A DNA stretch of 33,693 nucleotides from Octopus bimaculoides (lineage: Eukaryota): NCBI RefSeq assembly GCF_001194135.2, contig NC_068983.1:156224761-156258453 (forward strand). Reading direction: 5' to 3'. The translations under genes were made by a program, and so were the position numbers. Below, in pieces: positions 33,406 to 33,693 of this stretch. Within the stretch, counting starts at the first letter, position 1, and each line of letters begins with the position of its first letter. Under the pieces are notes generated by a model. It was given only the letters and a program-made list of their open reading frames with translations, did no database searches and was not told the origin of the DNA.

Positions 33406-33693
33406 ATATGCTTATGTATTTGTATATGTGTACATTCATATATATATATATATATATTTGTATGTATGTATACATATATGCGCATATATATATATACACA
33501 CATATATATACAATGTCTTAATGTGTTGTTTAGGTGTGTCATACTGCTATATAAGTGTTTACAGACACACACACTATCACGTGCACGGATTCACACACGC
33601 ACACGTATATATGTACATTTATGTATGATTGAGTGTATATATATATATATATAATATATATACATATAGAATATATATATATATATATATATA
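33406..33693. repeat. (AT)-rich low-complexity tract running to the window end
   Basis: Direct reading. Confidence 0.85.

Noticed and set aside
1476-33654. Long ORFs with poly-Y/I/N/L/T/V, CVCV, HTHT, YIYI, LSLS or X runs
   Set aside because: They are translations of microsatellites or N gaps, not genes.
1-33693. CRISPR arrays, rRNA, operons or prokaryotic regulatory signals
   Set aside because: No regularly spaced repeat-spacer array or rRNA-like sequence is present, and the composition and repeats are those of a metazoan nuclear genome.

Overview
AT-rich, repeat-dominated eukaryotic genomic DNA with 8 assembly gaps (about 3.2 kb of N), most abutting microsatellites. The SINE content looks like a coleoid cephalopod, probably Octopus (inference from recalled repeat families, not a database hit). 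No host protein-coding gene can be supported, and most ORFs in the track are microsatellite or N artefacts. The window holds four tRNA-headed SINE families (labelled A-D here) in about 13 copies or fragments. It also holds four decayed autonomous-element fragments: a Penelope-like GIY-YIG endonuclease, two mariners of different subfamilies and a Chapaev3-like transposase. The most interesting signal is a fifth element present twice (13887-14037 and 22435-22760). In the more complete copy a tRNA-like Pol III head and a triplet-microsatellite spacer are joined to a ~140 bp tail containing a minimal Penelope-type hammerhead ribozyme. Each copy is damaged at different positions, so the two-copy consensus is an intact hammerhead. 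All alignments were done by eye.
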